From: the human T2T-CHM13v2.0 reference genome, Homo sapiens | Strand: one strand, 5' to 3' | Assembly (NCBI RefSeq): GCF_009914755.1 | Contig: NC_060930.1 | Length of the DNA stretch: 64,000 bases | Shown here: piece after piece, positions 62,635 to 64,000 of the stretch | How positions within the stretch are numbered: the stretch's first letter is position 1 | Layout of the letters: each line of letters opens with the position of its first letter | The notes under the pieces: generated by a model | What the model was told of the DNA's origin: nothing | Databases searched by the model: none | Seen by the model: the letters and a program-made list of their open reading frames with translations, nothing else | Made by a program: the position numbers and the translations under genes

Positions 62635-63000
62635 ATTGTTCATTCACTTCACTAAGAGCTATGTTTAAGTGCCTGTGTGTGTGCCAGGGACCATACTAGG
62701 CACTAGGCTATGGCAGTGAAGCAGATAAAGCCATCTGGGTCCTCGAGAGATCACAAGTCAGGAAAGAAGACAAAGAGAACCTATAATCATACATGTGGCG
62801 AGGGCTACAAGAGGAGAAGGACTGAGTGTTGTCTGAACCAATAACAGAAGACTTAATGAGCTTGAAAGATTGAAGGATCAGCAGTATCTTCTCTGAAGAG
62901 GTGACATTTGTATGAAGAAATAAAGGAATCAGCCAGATGTCAATGGCAGGGGAGGGACATTCAGGCTTTGCAGGCAACAGGAGTCACTTTTGTGAGGAAC
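62635..63000 (-). mobile_element. L2 3' fragment
   Basis: ttcattcacttcact..gtgcctgtgtgtgtgccagggaccatactaggcactagg. Confidence 0.7.
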
Positions 63001-63269
63001 AGAAGGTAACATAAGAGGCTGACTCCTTTCCTTGCCCCATGTTCATGGCAAGGATTCTGAACATACTTTATGGAAGTTTATTTTTCCAATGTATAAAATG
63101 AAACTTTTAGAAAAAAAAGCTTTTACTACCATATTTCCCTCTTCTCATACATTGGTTATTTTTCAAGTCTTGACAAAGATAAGATGGAGATGAAGCCAGA
63201 AGACAATTGTGTGCTATTAGCAAGGAGGTATTAGCAAGGAGCTATTTCAAGGAATCATTATTTTTCCTC

Positions 63270-63440
63270 ACCACAGACATTGTGATAAGTTCTTCTTTTA
63301 ATTTATAGTTGTTGTAACTCTATGAGATAGCTATTATTTCTATTTTTGCAATGGAGTAAACCGAGGATGGGGGAGGGTAAGTTACTCACTCTGGGTGAAT
63401 AGAGCTAGAATTTGAAACCAGCTGTCTTTGACTCAAAAGT
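63270..63440 (-). mobile_element. MIR
   Basis: aactctatgagatagctattatt..tttgcaatggagtaaaccgagg..agagctagaatttgaaacc. Confidence 0.7.
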
Positions 63441-64000
63441 ATAATGCCTCTACAAAGTAGCAAAGGCACAGAGGGGGCTTATCAAGAGCATAATTAGGAA
63501 CAGTGATCATCCAATTTACGTGAAGTTAAGGAAAGTACACAGGAGATGAGGCTGGAAGGTGCAATGTGATTAGGAAAGTATACAAACAGGTATAAGGGAA
63601 ATTCTTGGCTTTCTACTCAGAGCCTAGCTCATTTCCAAATAGGTGTCTTCTCATCATCACCAACCCATGCAAGGAAACCTGACCATCCCCAGCTCAAGGG
63701 GCCTTATATTTCTACAGATAATTTAAATTCCCTCAACCGCAATTGATCAACAATATATGGCAAAGTCAATCACCTTTCATCACTCCCCAGCTCACTGGAG
63801 TTGTTTTAGGAATGCACAAACAACCAAAATGAAAGGGGAAGTATAAGAGGTTCTCTAAGAAAAAGTTCCATTGATTTTCTTTTTTAAATTTCCTGGAAGA
63901 GATGTGAGACCCAGAACTGCAGCAGTCATTTCACCACAATCCTGAAGTGGAAGCCAATCGAGGTGAGAACTCTTAAGTTTTAAAGGAGAACATGAAGAAA

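Overview
This is human genomic DNA (it carries a human-specific AluYb8), AT-rich and almost entirely non-coding. Bases ~2.5-33 kb form a dense nested LINE-1 cluster: an old + strand L1M host is split by a near-full-length antisense L1MA, with younger L1PA fragments, Alus and solo LTRs layered in, and many target-site duplications (TSDs) are still readable. Bases 33-64 kb mix unique sequence with MIR, L2, LTR and DNA-transposon relics, plus one processed RPL21 pseudogene (~43.8-44.6 kb). I recognise no intact host protein-coding gene. The long ORFs are L1 ORF2 remnants, Alu translations or microsatellite artefacts. The most interesting signals are five. (1) The RPL21 retrocopy appears to have gained GC and CpGs rather than decayed, and it was copied from a long-3'UTR transcript. 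(2) A consensus-perfect RFX X-box next to a strong minus-strand splice donor and a second candidate exon at 0.4-0.75 kb suggests the 5' end of a gene running off the left edge. (3) There are two fold-back palindromes built inside (TA)n microsatellites. (4) A very young AluYb8 may be polymorphic. (5) A few isolated candidate exons exist. I see no evidence for a novel multi-gene system. Repeat subfamily calls and the parent RPL21 comparison come from remembered consensus sequences and need RepeatMasker/BLAST confirmation.
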